Part shown: one piece after another, positions 37,999-47,887 of the stretch
How the letters are laid out: each line of letters opens with the position of its first letter
How positions within the stretch are numbered: position 1 is the first letter of the stretch
Source of the DNA: Chromatiales bacterium
GTDB lineage: Bacteria; Pseudomonadota; Gammaproteobacteria; Ectothiorhodospirales; Ectothiorhodospiraceae
Assembly: GCA_028695255.1 (NCBI GenBank)
Contig: JAQVJI010000001.1
Span: forward strand, 4,840-68,839
Length of the DNA stretch: 64,000 bases
Reading direction: 5' to 3'
The notes under the pieces: model-generated
The model's input: the letters and a program-made list of their open reading frames with translations, nothing else
Told to the model about the DNA's origin: nothing
Databases searched by the model: none
Translations under genes and position numbers: made by a program

Positions 37999-39093
37999 AT
38001 GATCACTTCCTGGTTGCGCCGACTGGCGCTGCTGCTCGTTTTGTCCTGTCTGAACCCGTCCGCGTTCGCGGCCACCGACGTGGTGCTGGAAGAGGCCATG
38101 GTGACGGTGGAGAGCCGCGCCGCAGCGGCGCGCGATCAGGGTTTCAGGGATGCCCTGGTCCCGGTTTTGCTGCGTCTGACCGGCGACCCGCGTTTCGCGG
38201 ATTCCGTACCGGGCCGTGAATTGCTGACGGGGGCGTCTGGCTACGTGCAGCAGTTCCGCTTCGGCGAGCGATCGCCGGCGGCCGAATCGGGCATCGGTCT
38301 GTGGGTGCGCTTCGACCGCAACGCGCTCGAACGTGCGCTCGGCGAGCGCGGTGTGCCGGTGTGGCGTACCGACCGGCCGGCGGCCTTGCTGTGGGTGGCG
38401 GTGCAGAGCGGCGTCGAGCGCTTTCTGCTGGGCGGCGATACGGCCGGCGAACTGATGGGCGGTTACGTCGCGCCGATCGCGCAGCAGGCGCGCGAGCGCG
38501 GTCTGCCGGTGATCTATCCGCTGCTGGATCTGGAGGAGCGCGGCATCGTGTCGATCACCGACATCCTGTCCGGCCAGCACGATGGTGTGCTCGCCGTGTC
38601 GCGGCGCTACAACCCCGGCAGCGTCATCGTCGTCAGCGTGACCCGGCGCGGGTCAATCTGGCAGTCGCGCTGGTATCTGTACGACGGACTCGCATCGAAC
38701 GAGTATCGCGGCGACTGGATGCAGGACGGCGCGAGTCTCGAAGCCGTGCTGACGGCCGGCATCGACACGGCCGCGACGAACATCGCGCAGCGTCAGACCG
38801 TGCTCGCCGTCGGCGCGCCCGGCGATGGCGTGCTGGTATCGGTGGAGGGTGTCGGCAGTCTGGCCGACTATCGGCGCGTGCATGATTTCCTGTCCGGCCT
38901 GAGCGTCGTGAGCGCCGTACGGCCGCTGCGCGTCGAGCCGCAGCGCAGCGTGTTCGTGGCCGACGTCCGGGGCGACGAACGTGCACTCGAACGTTCCATC
39001 GCCCAGGGTTCCGCGCAGGGCTCGGTGCTGGCGCGGCTGCCGCCGACGGCGGGTAGCGTGACCCCGGGGTTGACCTACCGGCTGTTGCGGTGA
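37999..39093 (+). CDS. DUF2066 domain-containing secreted protein
   Basis: Start at ATG 37999 (alternative 37972) gives signal peptide MITSWLRRLALLLVLSCLNPSAFA. The upstream 1.1 kb of track ORF 36883.. is antisense to purM. Being divergent from purM fits the conserved gammaproteobacterial synteny I recall. Confidence 0.65.
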   Translation: MITSWLRRLALLLVLSCLNPSAFAATDVVLEEAMVTVESRAAAARDQGFRDALVPVLLRLTGDPRFADSVPGRELLTGASGYVQQFRFGERSPAAESGIGLWVRFDRNALERALGERGVPVWRTDRPAALLWVAVQSGVERFLLGGDTAGELMGGYVAPIAQQARERGLPVIYPLLDLEERGIVSITDILSGQHDGVLAVSRRYNPGSVIVVSVTRRGSIWQSRWYLYDGLASNEYRGDWMQDGASLEAVLTAGIDTAATNIAQRQTVLAVGAPGDGVLVSVEGVGSLADYRRVHDFLSGLSVVSAVRPLRVEPQRSVFVADVRGDERALERSIAQGSAQGSVLARLPPTAGSVTPGLTYRLLR

Positions 39094-39650
39094 ACTGGCG
39101 CCAGCTCCCCAACACCATCACCGTTCTGCGGCTGCTGCTTGCGATACCGCTGGTGATGCTGTTGCTGCGCGCCGAATACCTGTGGGCATTGTTCGTGATG
39201 GCGATCGCCGGCCTGTCGGATGGCCTGGATGGCTGGCTGGCGCGCCGCTTCGACTGGCGCACGCGGCTCGGCGGTTATCTCGATCCGCTGGCCGACAAGG
39301 TGCTGATGGTGTCGGTCTATCTGGCCGTGGCCTGGAACGGCCTGCTGCCGGCGTGGCTGGTGGCGGTCGTGGTGGCGCGCGAGGCCGTCATCGTCAGCGG
39401 TGCGGCTGCATTCCATCTGCTCACCCGCAAACTCGAAATGGCGCCGCTGATGCTGAGCAAGCTCAACACGATGGCGCAGATTGCGCTGGTGCTGGCGGTG
39501 ATCGTGGATGCCGGCGTGTGGCCACTGCCGGCGCAGGCGGTGCAGGTCTTGCTGCTGCTGGTGCTTTGCACCACGGTCGCGAGCGGCGTCGCCTATGTCG
39601 TGGCCTGGAGCAACAAGACGCTGGAGTGGCGACGTCATGGTCTCGATTGA
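39090..39650 (+). CDS. CDP-alcohol phosphatidyltransferase family protein (PgsA-like)
   Basis: The GTG start overlaps the upstream stop (GTGA). The full signature DG(x)2AR(x)8G(x)3D(x)3D is present: DGWLARRFDWRTRLGGYLDPLAD. Confidence 0.85.
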   Translation: MNWRQLPNTITVLRLLLAIPLVMLLLRAEYLWALFVMAIAGLSDGLDGWLARRFDWRTRLGGYLDPLADKVLMVSVYLAVAWNGLLPAWLVAVVVAREAVIVSGAAAFHLLTRKLEMAPLMLSKLNTMAQIALVLAVIVDAGVWPLPAQAVQVLLLLVLCTTVASGVAYVVAWSNKTLEWRRHGLD

Positions 39651-40728
39651 CCCCTGGAAATGGATTCTGCCGCTGGCGCTGCTCGCGCTCGCGGTGCTGA
39701 CCTGGCTGCTGGCGCCGGTGCTCGTGCCCTTTCTGGCCGCGGCACTGCTCGCCTATCTCGGCGACCCGCTGGTACGGCGTCTCGTCGGTTGGCGCATGCC
39801 GCGCACGCTCGCGGTGGTGCTGGTGTTTCTCGCCATCTTCCTCGGCATGGGTCTGCTGGTGCTGGCGCTGCTGCCGCTGATCGAGCGGCAGGTGCTGCGG
39901 CTGGCGGAGGTGTTGCCGGAATACGTCGCACGGCTGGTCGCCTGGTTGCAGCCGCGTCTCGCCGGTTTGGGGCTCGACCCGGCCGACGGGCTCGGCACGC
40001 TCAACGCCGAGCGCATCAAGACATTGTTCTTTGCGCACTGGCGCGAGGCCGGCGGCGTCGCCACCGCGATCCTCGGCTATGTCTCGCGTTCGGGCGCGGT
40101 GATGCTCGGCTGGCTCGCCAATCTGCTGCTGATACCGGTGGTGACGTTCTATCTGCTGCGCGACTGGGAGCAGGTGATCGAACGCCTGCGCGGCCTGCTG
40201 CCGCGGCCGGTCGAGCCACGCGTGAGCCGCATCGCGCGCGAATCCGACGAAGTGCTCGGTACCTTCTTCAAGGGTCAGTTTCTGGTGATGCTCGCGCTGG
40301 CCGCGATCTACTCGGTCGGCCTGTGGTTCGCCGGACTGGAACTCGCGTTGCTGATCGGCCTGCTCGCCGGCATGGTGAGCTTCGTGCCCTATCTGGGCCT
40401 GATCGTCGGCCTGTCGGCCGCCGGCGTCGCGATGCTGTTGCAGACCGGCGATCCGCTGCAATTGCTGTGGGTCGCAGCGGTGTTCGGCGTCGGGCAGATA
40501 CTGGAGAGCGTGCTGCTCACGCCCTGGCTGGTCGGCGAACGCATCGGCCTGCATCCGGTGGCGGTGATCTTCGCCGTGATGGCCGGCGGCTATCTGTTCG
40601 GCTTCGTCGGCGTGCTGCTGGCGCTGCCCGCGGCGGCGGTGATCGCGGTGCTGCTCAGGCACCTCGACGAAGGTTATCGCGAGAGCGGACTGTACGCCGG
40701 CGACGAGTCGCCACCGACTGCCGACTGA
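39637..40728 (+). CDS. AI-2E family transporter (PerM/UPF0118), copy 1
   Basis: ATG 39637 within the track ORF. 363 aa, polytopic, ...FLAAALLAYLGDPLVRRL...PYLGLIVG...LLTPWLVGERIGLHPVAVIFAVMAGGYLFGFVGVLLALP...; typical AI-2E pattern. Confidence 0.8.
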   Translation: MVSIDPWKWILPLALLALAVLTWLLAPVLVPFLAAALLAYLGDPLVRRLVGWRMPRTLAVVLVFLAIFLGMGLLVLALLPLIERQVLRLAEVLPEYVARLVAWLQPRLAGLGLDPADGLGTLNAERIKTLFFAHWREAGGVATAILGYVSRSGAVMLGWLANLLLIPVVTFYLLRDWEQVIERLRGLLPRPVEPRVSRIARESDEVLGTFFKGQFLVMLALAAIYSVGLWFAGLELALLIGLLAGMVSFVPYLGLIVGLSAAGVAMLLQTGDPLQLLWVAAVFGVGQILESVLLTPWLVGERIGLHPVAVIFAVMAGGYLFGFVGVLLALPAAAVIAVLLRHLDEGYRESGLYAGDESPPTAD

Positions 40729-40730
40729 GC

Positions 40731-41429
40731 ATGGCCGAGCAATTGGCACTCGACGTCGGCCTGCGCGAAGGCATGAGCTTCGCGTCCTTCCTCGTCGGCG
40801 ACAACGCTGCCGCGGTCGAGACCGTACGTCTGCTGGGCAAGGGTGGCGGCGAGCGGCAGGTGTGTTTGTGGGGCGGGGCGGAGAGCGGCAAGACCCATCT
40901 GCTGCACGCCGCCTGCGCCGAGGCCGCGGCGCAGGGTCTGCGTGCGAGCTATCTGCCGCTGGATACGCTGGCGGCCCTCGGGCCGGCCCTGCTCGAAGGC
41001 TTGGAACAGCTCGATCTGGTCTGTCTCGACGACGTGCAGGAGGTGGCCGGCGACGAGGCCTGGGAACGCGCGCTGTTCGACTGCATCAATCGCCTGCGCG
41101 CCGGCCACACGCGTCTGCTGCTCGCGGCCCGACAGGCGCCGGCCGGGCTCGACATCCGTCTGCCGGATCTGGCCTCACGCCTCGTGTGGGGGCCGGTGTT
41201 TCAACTGCATGCGCTGGACGATGCGCAGAAATGCGCGGCGCTCGGCCTGCGTGCGGGCCTGCGTGGCTTCGAGCTGCCGCGCGAGGTTTGCGAGCACTTG
41301 CTGCGCACGCATGCGCGCAATCTTTCCTATCTGATGTCGGTGCTGGAACGTCTCGATGCCGCGTCGCTCGCCGCGCAGCGGCGCATCACGCTGCCTTTCC
41401 TGCGCCAGATCCTTTCCGGCGAGGATTGA
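40731..41429 (+). CDS. hda: DnaA-regulatory inactivator Hda
   Basis: ATG 40731. MAEQLALDVGLREGMSFASFLVGDN...LWGGAESGKTHLLHAAC (Walker A) ...LDLVCLDDVQ... 232 aa. Position after perM matches Pseudomonas synteny. Confidence 0.88.
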   Translation: MAEQLALDVGLREGMSFASFLVGDNAAAVETVRLLGKGGGERQVCLWGGAESGKTHLLHAACAEAAAQGLRASYLPLDTLAALGPALLEGLEQLDLVCLDDVQEVAGDEAWERALFDCINRLRAGHTRLLLAARQAPAGLDIRLPDLASRLVWGPVFQLHALDDAQKCAALGLRAGLRGFELPREVCEHLLRTHARNLSYLMSVLERLDAASLAAQRRITLPFLRQILSGED

Positions 41430-41760
41430 GTCTGCGCACGTAGAGCAGACTGCCGACGAACAGCATCAGGCTGGCGGCGACCTGGAGCGCGCCGTAGACC
41501 CGGTCGCCGGCGACGGCGAGGTTCGAAACCCCGAGCGAGAAATAGACGAGTGCCAGCAGGCTGGTCCACATGTGGGCGCGCGTGCGGCCGTGCAGCAGGC
41601 CGCGCAGCGGCAGCAGCAGGGGCACGAGCAGGACGATCAGCACCAGCGAGCGCGGCAGGACCTGCGGCGGATCGATGAACGCGGTCCAGGTCAGCAATAG
41701 CGTGAACAGGAAGAAATAGCCGGCGAGGGCGACGATGCGGTCGGTATGCGGAAGGTTCAT
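41386..41760 (-). CDS. DUF2069 domain-containing membrane protein
   Basis: ATG 41760 within the track ORF. 124 aa with 4 hydrophobic segments. The position next to wrbA/arsC matches recalled synteny. Its 3' end overlaps the hda 3' end by 44 nt. Confidence 0.6.
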   Translation of the reverse strand: MNLPHTDRIVALAGYFFLFTLLLTWTAFIDPPQVLPRSLVLIVLLVPLLLPLRGLLHGRTRAHMWTSLLALVYFSLGVSNLAVAGDRVYGALQVAASLMLFVGSLLYVRRLNPRRKGSGAGKAA

Positions 41761-41786
41761 GCGGCGCCTGCCTCGTAATCCTGCCG

Positions 41787-42845
<1,059 letters not shown>

Positions 42846-42865
42846 TCATCTCGACAGTGTTTTCC

Positions 42866-43180
42866 ATGCGCCGCCCCGGATTCGTCCTTTTCGTTTCGCT
42901 CGCATTATATCTTTCCGCCACCCTCGTGCTGCCCGGTTGCGTCATGACCCCGCCGGTGCAGGAGATGAGCGACGCGCGGCAGGCGCTGCGTGCCGCGGAG
43001 GAGGTCGGCGCGGCGACGCGTGGACTGGATGCCTACCAGCGGGCGCAGCTCCTGCTCGAACGCGCGGAGGCACAGTTGCAGGAGGGCGCCTACGGGCTCG
43101 CGCGCGACCGCGCGCTGGAGGCCAGGGCCTTGGCGATCCGGGCGCGTGACGAGGCGTTGGGGCTCAAGGTGCCGAAGTAG
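42866..43180 (+). CDS. small helical lipoprotein (DUF4398-like)
   Basis: ATG 42866. Lipobox LVLPGC, then helical QEMSDARQALRAAEEVGA...YQRAQLLLERAEAQLQEGAY..., as in DUF4398 proteins. Confidence 0.6.
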   Translation: MRRPGFVLFVSLALYLSATLVLPGCVMTPPVQEMSDARQALRAAEEVGAATRGLDAYQRAQLLLERAEAQLQEGAYGLARDRALEARALAIRARDEALGLKVPK

Positions 43181-43198
43181 CGTCGGAGGGCATTGCCG

Positions 43199-43507
43199 AT
43201 GTCCGACCCACGCAGCAATGATCGGAGTGGCCGCGCATGCTGCCTGTGTCGCGTCAGCGGACGTGTGCAGGGCGTCGGTTTTCGTGCCTCGACCCGCGCG
43301 CAGGCGAGTCGGCTCGGTCTGGCCGGTCACGTGGTCAATCTGCCGGATGGCAGGGTCGAGGTGTTGCTGTACGGCCCGTTCGAGGCGGTGGAACGGATGA
43401 GGACGTGGTTATGGCAGGGCCCGCCGGCCGCGCGTGTCGACGCGGTGGATTGTGCGGATGCCCCACCGCCGCTGCATGCCGATTTCAGGTTGTTGCGCGA
43501 TTTCTGA
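43199..43507 (+). CDS. acyP: acylphosphatase
   Basis: [39 protein letters not shown] is the acylphosphatase signature. ATG 43199; the track TTG is at 43193. Confidence 0.88.
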   Translation: MSDPRSNDRSGRACCLCRVSGRVQGVGFRASTRAQASRLGLAGHVVNLPDGRVEVLLYGPFEAVERMRTWLWQGPPAARVDAVDCADAPPPLHADFRLLRDF

Positions 43508-43537
43508 ATCGGCTGTCGGGCCATCCGCAAATCGGGT

Positions 43538-44389
43538 TCAGTGCGGCATGAACAGGCTGAGCGTCTCCAGAAATTCCTGATTCGTCTCTTCCAGCAGACC
43601 TTCCACGTTCGTTTCGTCCAGCCCCAGCCGTTCGGCCACGCCGGCATCGACGTCGGCGTCGTACGGCCCGTAAGGACTGATGGTGCCGGGTGTGGCGCCG
43701 TTGCTGAGCATGCTGGCGGCATGCACGATCGCATTCTCGACCGCGGTCTCGGGGGCCTGCTCCGGCGCGTGGTGCCAGGTGACGGCCTGGGTGAGCAGTT
43801 CCGGCAGACCCCACATCGTGAGCAATGCGCCGCCCACCTGGGCGTGGTCGAACCCCACGATCTCGTGTTCGTTCGCGACCAGCAGATGTTCCTGTCCGCG
43901 CTCGGCGGCGAAGCCGGGCGCGAGTTCGTTGCCGAAGCGGTGATACATCACGAGGATGCCGATGTCGTGCAGCAGGGCGGCGATGAACAGCCGCTCAGGA
44001 TGCAGGATGCGTTGCTGGCGCGCCATAGTGCGGGCCATCAGGGCCGAGAATACGCTGTGGCGCCAGAAAGTGGCGATGTCGACCGCCACCGGCGGCAGAC
44101 GGCCGAAGGTGTCGGAGGCGGCGATTGCGAGCGCCAGGTTGTACAGCTCGCGCGTGCCGATGATCGAGATCGCGCGCGTGAGCGTGTCGACCCGCTTGGG
44201 GTGGCCGTAGAGCGCCGAGTTGGCGACGCGCAGCAGGCGCGCGCACAGCGACGGGTCCTGGCTGATCACCAGCGCGATGTGATCCAGCGAGACGTTGGGC
44301 GTGTCCAGCGCCGCGCGCAGCCGCAGCAGCACCTCCGGCGGCGAGACCAGATGCGAGACCTCGGCGACGAAACCCTCCAGATCACCCAT
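43538..44389 (-). CDS. HDOD domain-containing signalling protein
   Basis: ATG 44389. It is the C-terminal 283 aa of an artefactual 791-aa track ORF that continues out of frame through proS on the same strand. ...SPPEVLLRLRAALDTPNVSLDHIALVISQDPSLCARLLRVANSALYG...LLHDIG... is typical HDOD. Confidence 0.85.
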   Translation of the reverse strand: MGDLEGFVAEVSHLVSPPEVLLRLRAALDTPNVSLDHIALVISQDPSLCARLLRVANSALYGHPKRVDTLTRAISIIGTRELYNLALAIAASDTFGRLPPVAVDIATFWRHSVFSALMARTMARQQRILHPERLFIAALLHDIGILVMYHRFGNELAPGFAAERGQEHLLVANEHEIVGFDHAQVGGALLTMWGLPELLTQAVTWHHAPEQAPETAVENAIVHAASMLSNGATPGTISPYGPYDADVDAGVAERLGLDETNVEGLLEETNQEFLETLSLFMPH

Positions 44390-44433
44390 GTTGTTCCTCT
44401 CCCGATAACGGCTGCCGGACATGCGTCGGTCCC

Positions 44434-46149
44434 TCAGTCGCCCATGCGTTGGCGCAGGAAGGCATCGATCTCGGCCAGTGGGACCTGGGTGGCGGCATCG
44501 TCGCGCCGCCCCTTGTATTCCACCTCGCCCGCATCGAGACCGCGTTCCGACAGCACGACGCGGTGCGGGATGCCGATGAGTTCCATGTCGGCGAACATCA
44601 CGCCGGGGCGGGCGTCGCGGTCGTCGAACAGGACCGCGAAGCCGGCGGCCGTGAGATCGGCATACAGCTTCTCGATCGCCTCGCGCAGACGCTGCGAGCG
44701 ATGCATGCCGATCGGCACCAGCGCGACGTCGAAGGGCGCAAGCGCGGCCGGCCAGGCGATGCCGCGTTCGTCGTGATTCTGCTCGATCGCGGCCGCGACC
44801 ACGCGCGAGACGCCGATGCCGTAGCAGCCCATCACCATCACCTGTTCGCGGCCCTGTTCGTCGAGATAGGTCGCCTTCATCGCCTGCGAGTACTTGGTGC
44901 CGAGCTTGAATACGTGTCCGACCTCGATGCCGCGCACGAGCCTGAGGCGGCCACGGCCATCGGGCGAGGGATCGCCCTCGACCACGTTGCGGACGTCGGC
45001 CACCTGCGGCAGCGCCACGTCGCGCTCCCAATTGATGCCGAAGTGATGCTTGCCGTCGATGTTGGCGCCGGCACCGAAGTCGGACATCGCGGCCACGGCG
45101 CGATCCGCGATCATCGGCAACGGCAGGTTCACCGGGCCGAGCGATCCGGGGCCGGCGCCGATGGCGGCGCGGATTTCGTCCTCGCCGGCGAACACCAGCG
45201 GATCGGCCACTTCGGGCAGCTTCGCGGCCTTGACGGCATTGAGTTCGTGGTCGCCGCGCACCAGCAGCGCGACCAGCGGCGCGTCGTCGGACGCACCGTG
45301 CACGATCAGGGTCTTGACGGTCTTCTCGATCGGCAGCCCGAACTGCTCGACCAGTTCCTGGATGGTGCGCGCATCCGGCGTGTCGACCAGCCGCATCTCC
45401 TCGGCCGGCGCGGCGCGCGGCGCGGCGGGTGCGACGGCCTCGGCGAGTTCGATGTTGGCGGCGTAGTCGCTCTGGTCCGAGACCGCCAGCGTGTCCTCGC
45501 CGGAATTGGCCAGCACGTGGAATTCGTGCGAGGCGCTGCCGCCGATGGAGCCCGTATCGGCCTGCACGGCGCGGAAGTTGAGACCGAGCCGCGTGAAGAT
45601 GCGCGAGTAGGTCTCGTACATCGCCTCGTAGGTCTCGTGCAGCGATTCGGGCGAGCCGTGGAAGGAGTAGGCGTCCTTCATCAGGAATTCGCGCGCACGC
45701 ATGAGACCGAAGCGCGGTCGCACCTCGTCGCGGAACTTGGTCTGGATCTGGTAGTAGTTGACCGGCAACTGGCGATAGCTGCGTACCTCGCGTCGCACCA
45801 GATCGGTGATGATCTCCTCGTGCGTGGGGCCGAAGCAGAACTCGCGCTGATGGCGGTCCTTGAGGCGCAGCAGTTCCGGGCCGTATTGCTCCCAGCGGCC
45901 GGATTCCTGCCACAGCTCGGCCGGCTGCACGGCCGGCATCAGCACCTCCAGTGCCCCGGCGCGATCCATTTCGGCGCGCACCACGGCCTCGGCCTTGCGC
46001 AGCACGCGCAGGCCGATCGGCATCCAGGTGTAGAGGCCGGAGGCGAGGCGGCGGATGTAGCCGCCTCGCAGCAGCAGTTGATGACTGATGACCTCGGCAT
46101 CGGCCGGGGTTTCCTTCAGGGTCGCAAGGGGATATTGGGAGACGCGCAT
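44434..46149 (-). CDS. proS: proline--tRNA ligase
   Basis: 571 aa, [50 protein letters not shown]...; bacterial-type ProRS with an editing insertion. Confidence 0.96.
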   Translation of the reverse strand: MRVSQYPLATLKETPADAEVISHQLLLRGGYIRRLASGLYTWMPIGLRVLRKAEAVVRAEMDRAGALEVLMPAVQPAELWQESGRWEQYGPELLRLKDRHQREFCFGPTHEEIITDLVRREVRSYRQLPVNYYQIQTKFRDEVRPRFGLMRAREFLMKDAYSFHGSPESLHETYEAMYETYSRIFTRLGLNFRAVQADTGSIGGSASHEFHVLANSGEDTLAVSDQSDYAANIELAEAVAPAAPRAAPAEEMRLVDTPDARTIQELVEQFGLPIEKTVKTLIVHGASDDAPLVALLVRGDHELNAVKAAKLPEVADPLVFAGEDEIRAAIGAGPGSLGPVNLPLPMIADRAVAAMSDFGAGANIDGKHHFGINWERDVALPQVADVRNVVEGDPSPDGRGRLRLVRGIEVGHVFKLGTKYSQAMKATYLDEQGREQVMVMGCYGIGVSRVVAAAIEQNHDERGIAWPAALAPFDVALVPIGMHRSQRLREAIEKLYADLTAAGFAVLFDDRDARPGVMFADMELIGIPHRVVLSERGLDAGEVEYKGRRDDAATQVPLAEIDAFLRQRMGD

Positions 46150-46225
46150 GCCCGTTCGTGTTGTCGTTGGTGGTGAGTGATGGGTTGGCGACGCACCCGC
46201 GCGCGGCGGGGTCGTCAGGGGGCGA

Positions 46226-46657
46226 TCAGTCGCAGAATTCCTCGATCTGCCGTTTCGCCCGTTCGATCATCTCCTGCCGCTCCGCTTCCTCGACGTAGCG
46301 ATACTGATCGCCTTCGCGTAGCGTGACCTTGCCGGGGCGGGTCAGGGTTTGCAGATTCTGCTGCGCCCGCTCGCAGTTTTCTTTCTTGATCTGGTCGGAC
46401 TCCGCCTGGCGCCGAGCCGCCGCTGCCGCCTCTGTCTGTTGCTGCCCCAGTTCTTCGACTGGAACCGAGCCGGTCGGCGGAGGCGGTGCGCCGCGCAGTT
46501 TTTCGGACGGGCGATCGGCCGGCGGGACCTGCCCGAAGGTCACCCGTCCCTGATCGTCCACCCAGCGGTAGAGTTCGGATGCGGCGACGGGCAGGGCCAG
46601 CAAGGCCAACAGCAGTATTCGCAAGAGGTGGCTATGGGGTCTGGGTGTTCGGTGCAC
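46226..46657 (-). CDS. DUF4124 domain-containing secreted protein
   Basis: Signal peptide followed by [19 protein letters not shown], the DUF4124 motif as I recall it, then a charged helical tail. 143 aa. Confidence 0.65.
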   Translation of the reverse strand: MHRTPRPHSHLLRILLLALLALPVAASELYRWVDDQGRVTFGQVPPADRPSEKLRGAPPPPTGSVPVEELGQQQTEAAAAARRQAESDQIKKENCERAQQNLQTLTRPGKVTLREGDQYRYVEEAERQEMIERAKRQIEEFCD

Positions 46658-46840
46658 GGTCGGGGCTCCCTTGGTGCCGGTGGCGGCCGGTCATCAATCG
46701 ATGCGCTGCTAAGATAACAGAGATCGGTGGCGCCGGGCGTGCGGGAGTGCCGATGTTCCGGGGCTTGAAAACTCGAAACCCGGTCCCGATTTGCGATATA
46801 TTAGAAAAATCTAATGTTCAATCCTCCATGGAGAGTGCCC

Positions 46841-47884
46841 ATGTCGTTACGCCACCTGAAACTCCAGGCACTTGGTTGGCTGTTGTTGCTGCCGGCCGTT
46901 CAGGTCAGTGCCCAAGGCGGTCTTCCGTTCGAGACCGTCGTCGCGACCGAGCAGCCGGTCGAACGCGAACTGGTGTGGGACGGCCGGGTGGAGGCGGTGC
47001 ACCAGGCCACGATATCGGCCCAGACCTCGGGGCGCATCGTGGAGATGTTTTTCGACGTGGACGATTTCGTGACCGAAGGCGCCGTGCTGATGCGCTTTCG
47101 CGACACAGAGCCGCGCGCGCGGCTCAATCAGGCCGAGGCGAGCCTGAAGGAGGCCGAGGCCCGTTTTGCCGAGGCTCAGGCCGAACACGAGCGCATCAAG
47201 GGCGTGTTCGAGCGTCAGGTCGTCTCGCGTGCCGACATGGATCGCGCGACCGCCGCCCTGCAGGCGGCGCGGGCACGCCTGGACGCCGCGCGTGCCGCCC
47301 GCGCGCAGGCGCTCGAACAGCTCGAATACACGCTGATCCGCGCGCCCTACAGCGGCATCGTCACCAAGCGTCACGTCGAGGTTGGCGAAATGGCCAATCC
47401 CGGTCAGCCGCTGATGACGGGTATCTCGCTCGACAAGCTGCGCATCGTCACCAGCGTGCCGCAACGCTACATCAATGCCGTGCGCGAGCACGTGCAGGCG
47501 CGGGTGTTGCTCGACAACGGCATCGCCCCCGTCGCCGACAAGCTGACCATCTTCCCCTATGCCGACGAGCGGACCGGGACCTTCAACGTGCGCCTGGATC
47601 TGCCCGACGGCGTCAAGGGTCTGTTCCCCGGCATGCTCGTGAAGGTGGCGTTCAAGGTCGGTAGCCGCAGCCAGCTCGTCGTGCCGCAGCAGGCGGTCGC
47701 CTATCGCAGCGAAGTGAGCGGTGTCTATGTGGTGGACGAACAGGGCGGCGTGGCATTGCGTCAGGTACGCCTCGGCCAGCCGGCGGGCGACGGCGCGATC
47801 GAGGTGCTGACGGGCCTGACTGCCGGCGAGCGCGTGGCGCTGGATCCGGTACGCGCCGGGCTCTATCTCAAGCAGGGGGAGTGA
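46841..47884 (+). CDS. efflux RND transporter periplasmic adaptor (MFP/HlyD family)
   Basis: ATG 46841 after GGAGAG, with a signal peptide. Has a lipoyl/alpha-hairpin/beta-barrel layout (...AEASLKEAEARFAEAQAEHERIK...LEYTLIRAPYSGIVTKRHVEVGE...). Immediately precedes the RND pump. Confidence 0.88.
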   Translation: MSLRHLKLQALGWLLLLPAVQVSAQGGLPFETVVATEQPVERELVWDGRVEAVHQATISAQTSGRIVEMFFDVDDFVTEGAVLMRFRDTEPRARLNQAEASLKEAEARFAEAQAEHERIKGVFERQVVSRADMDRATAALQAARARLDAARAARAQALEQLEYTLIRAPYSGIVTKRHVEVGEMANPGQPLMTGISLDKLRIVTSVPQRYINAVREHVQARVLLDNGIAPVADKLTIFPYADERTGTFNVRLDLPDGVKGLFPGMLVKVAFKVGSRSQLVVPQQAVAYRSEVSGVYVVDEQGGVALRQVRLGQPAGDGAIEVLTGLTAGERVALDPVRAGLYLKQGE

Positions 47885-47887
47885 ATC

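Noticed and set aside
43538-45913. 791-aa ORF suggesting a large HDOD fusion protein
   Set aside because: Upstream of ATG 44389 the frame runs out of frame through proS on the same strand, which ends at 44434, and becomes Arg/Gly-rich. Only the 283-aa HDOD protein is credible.
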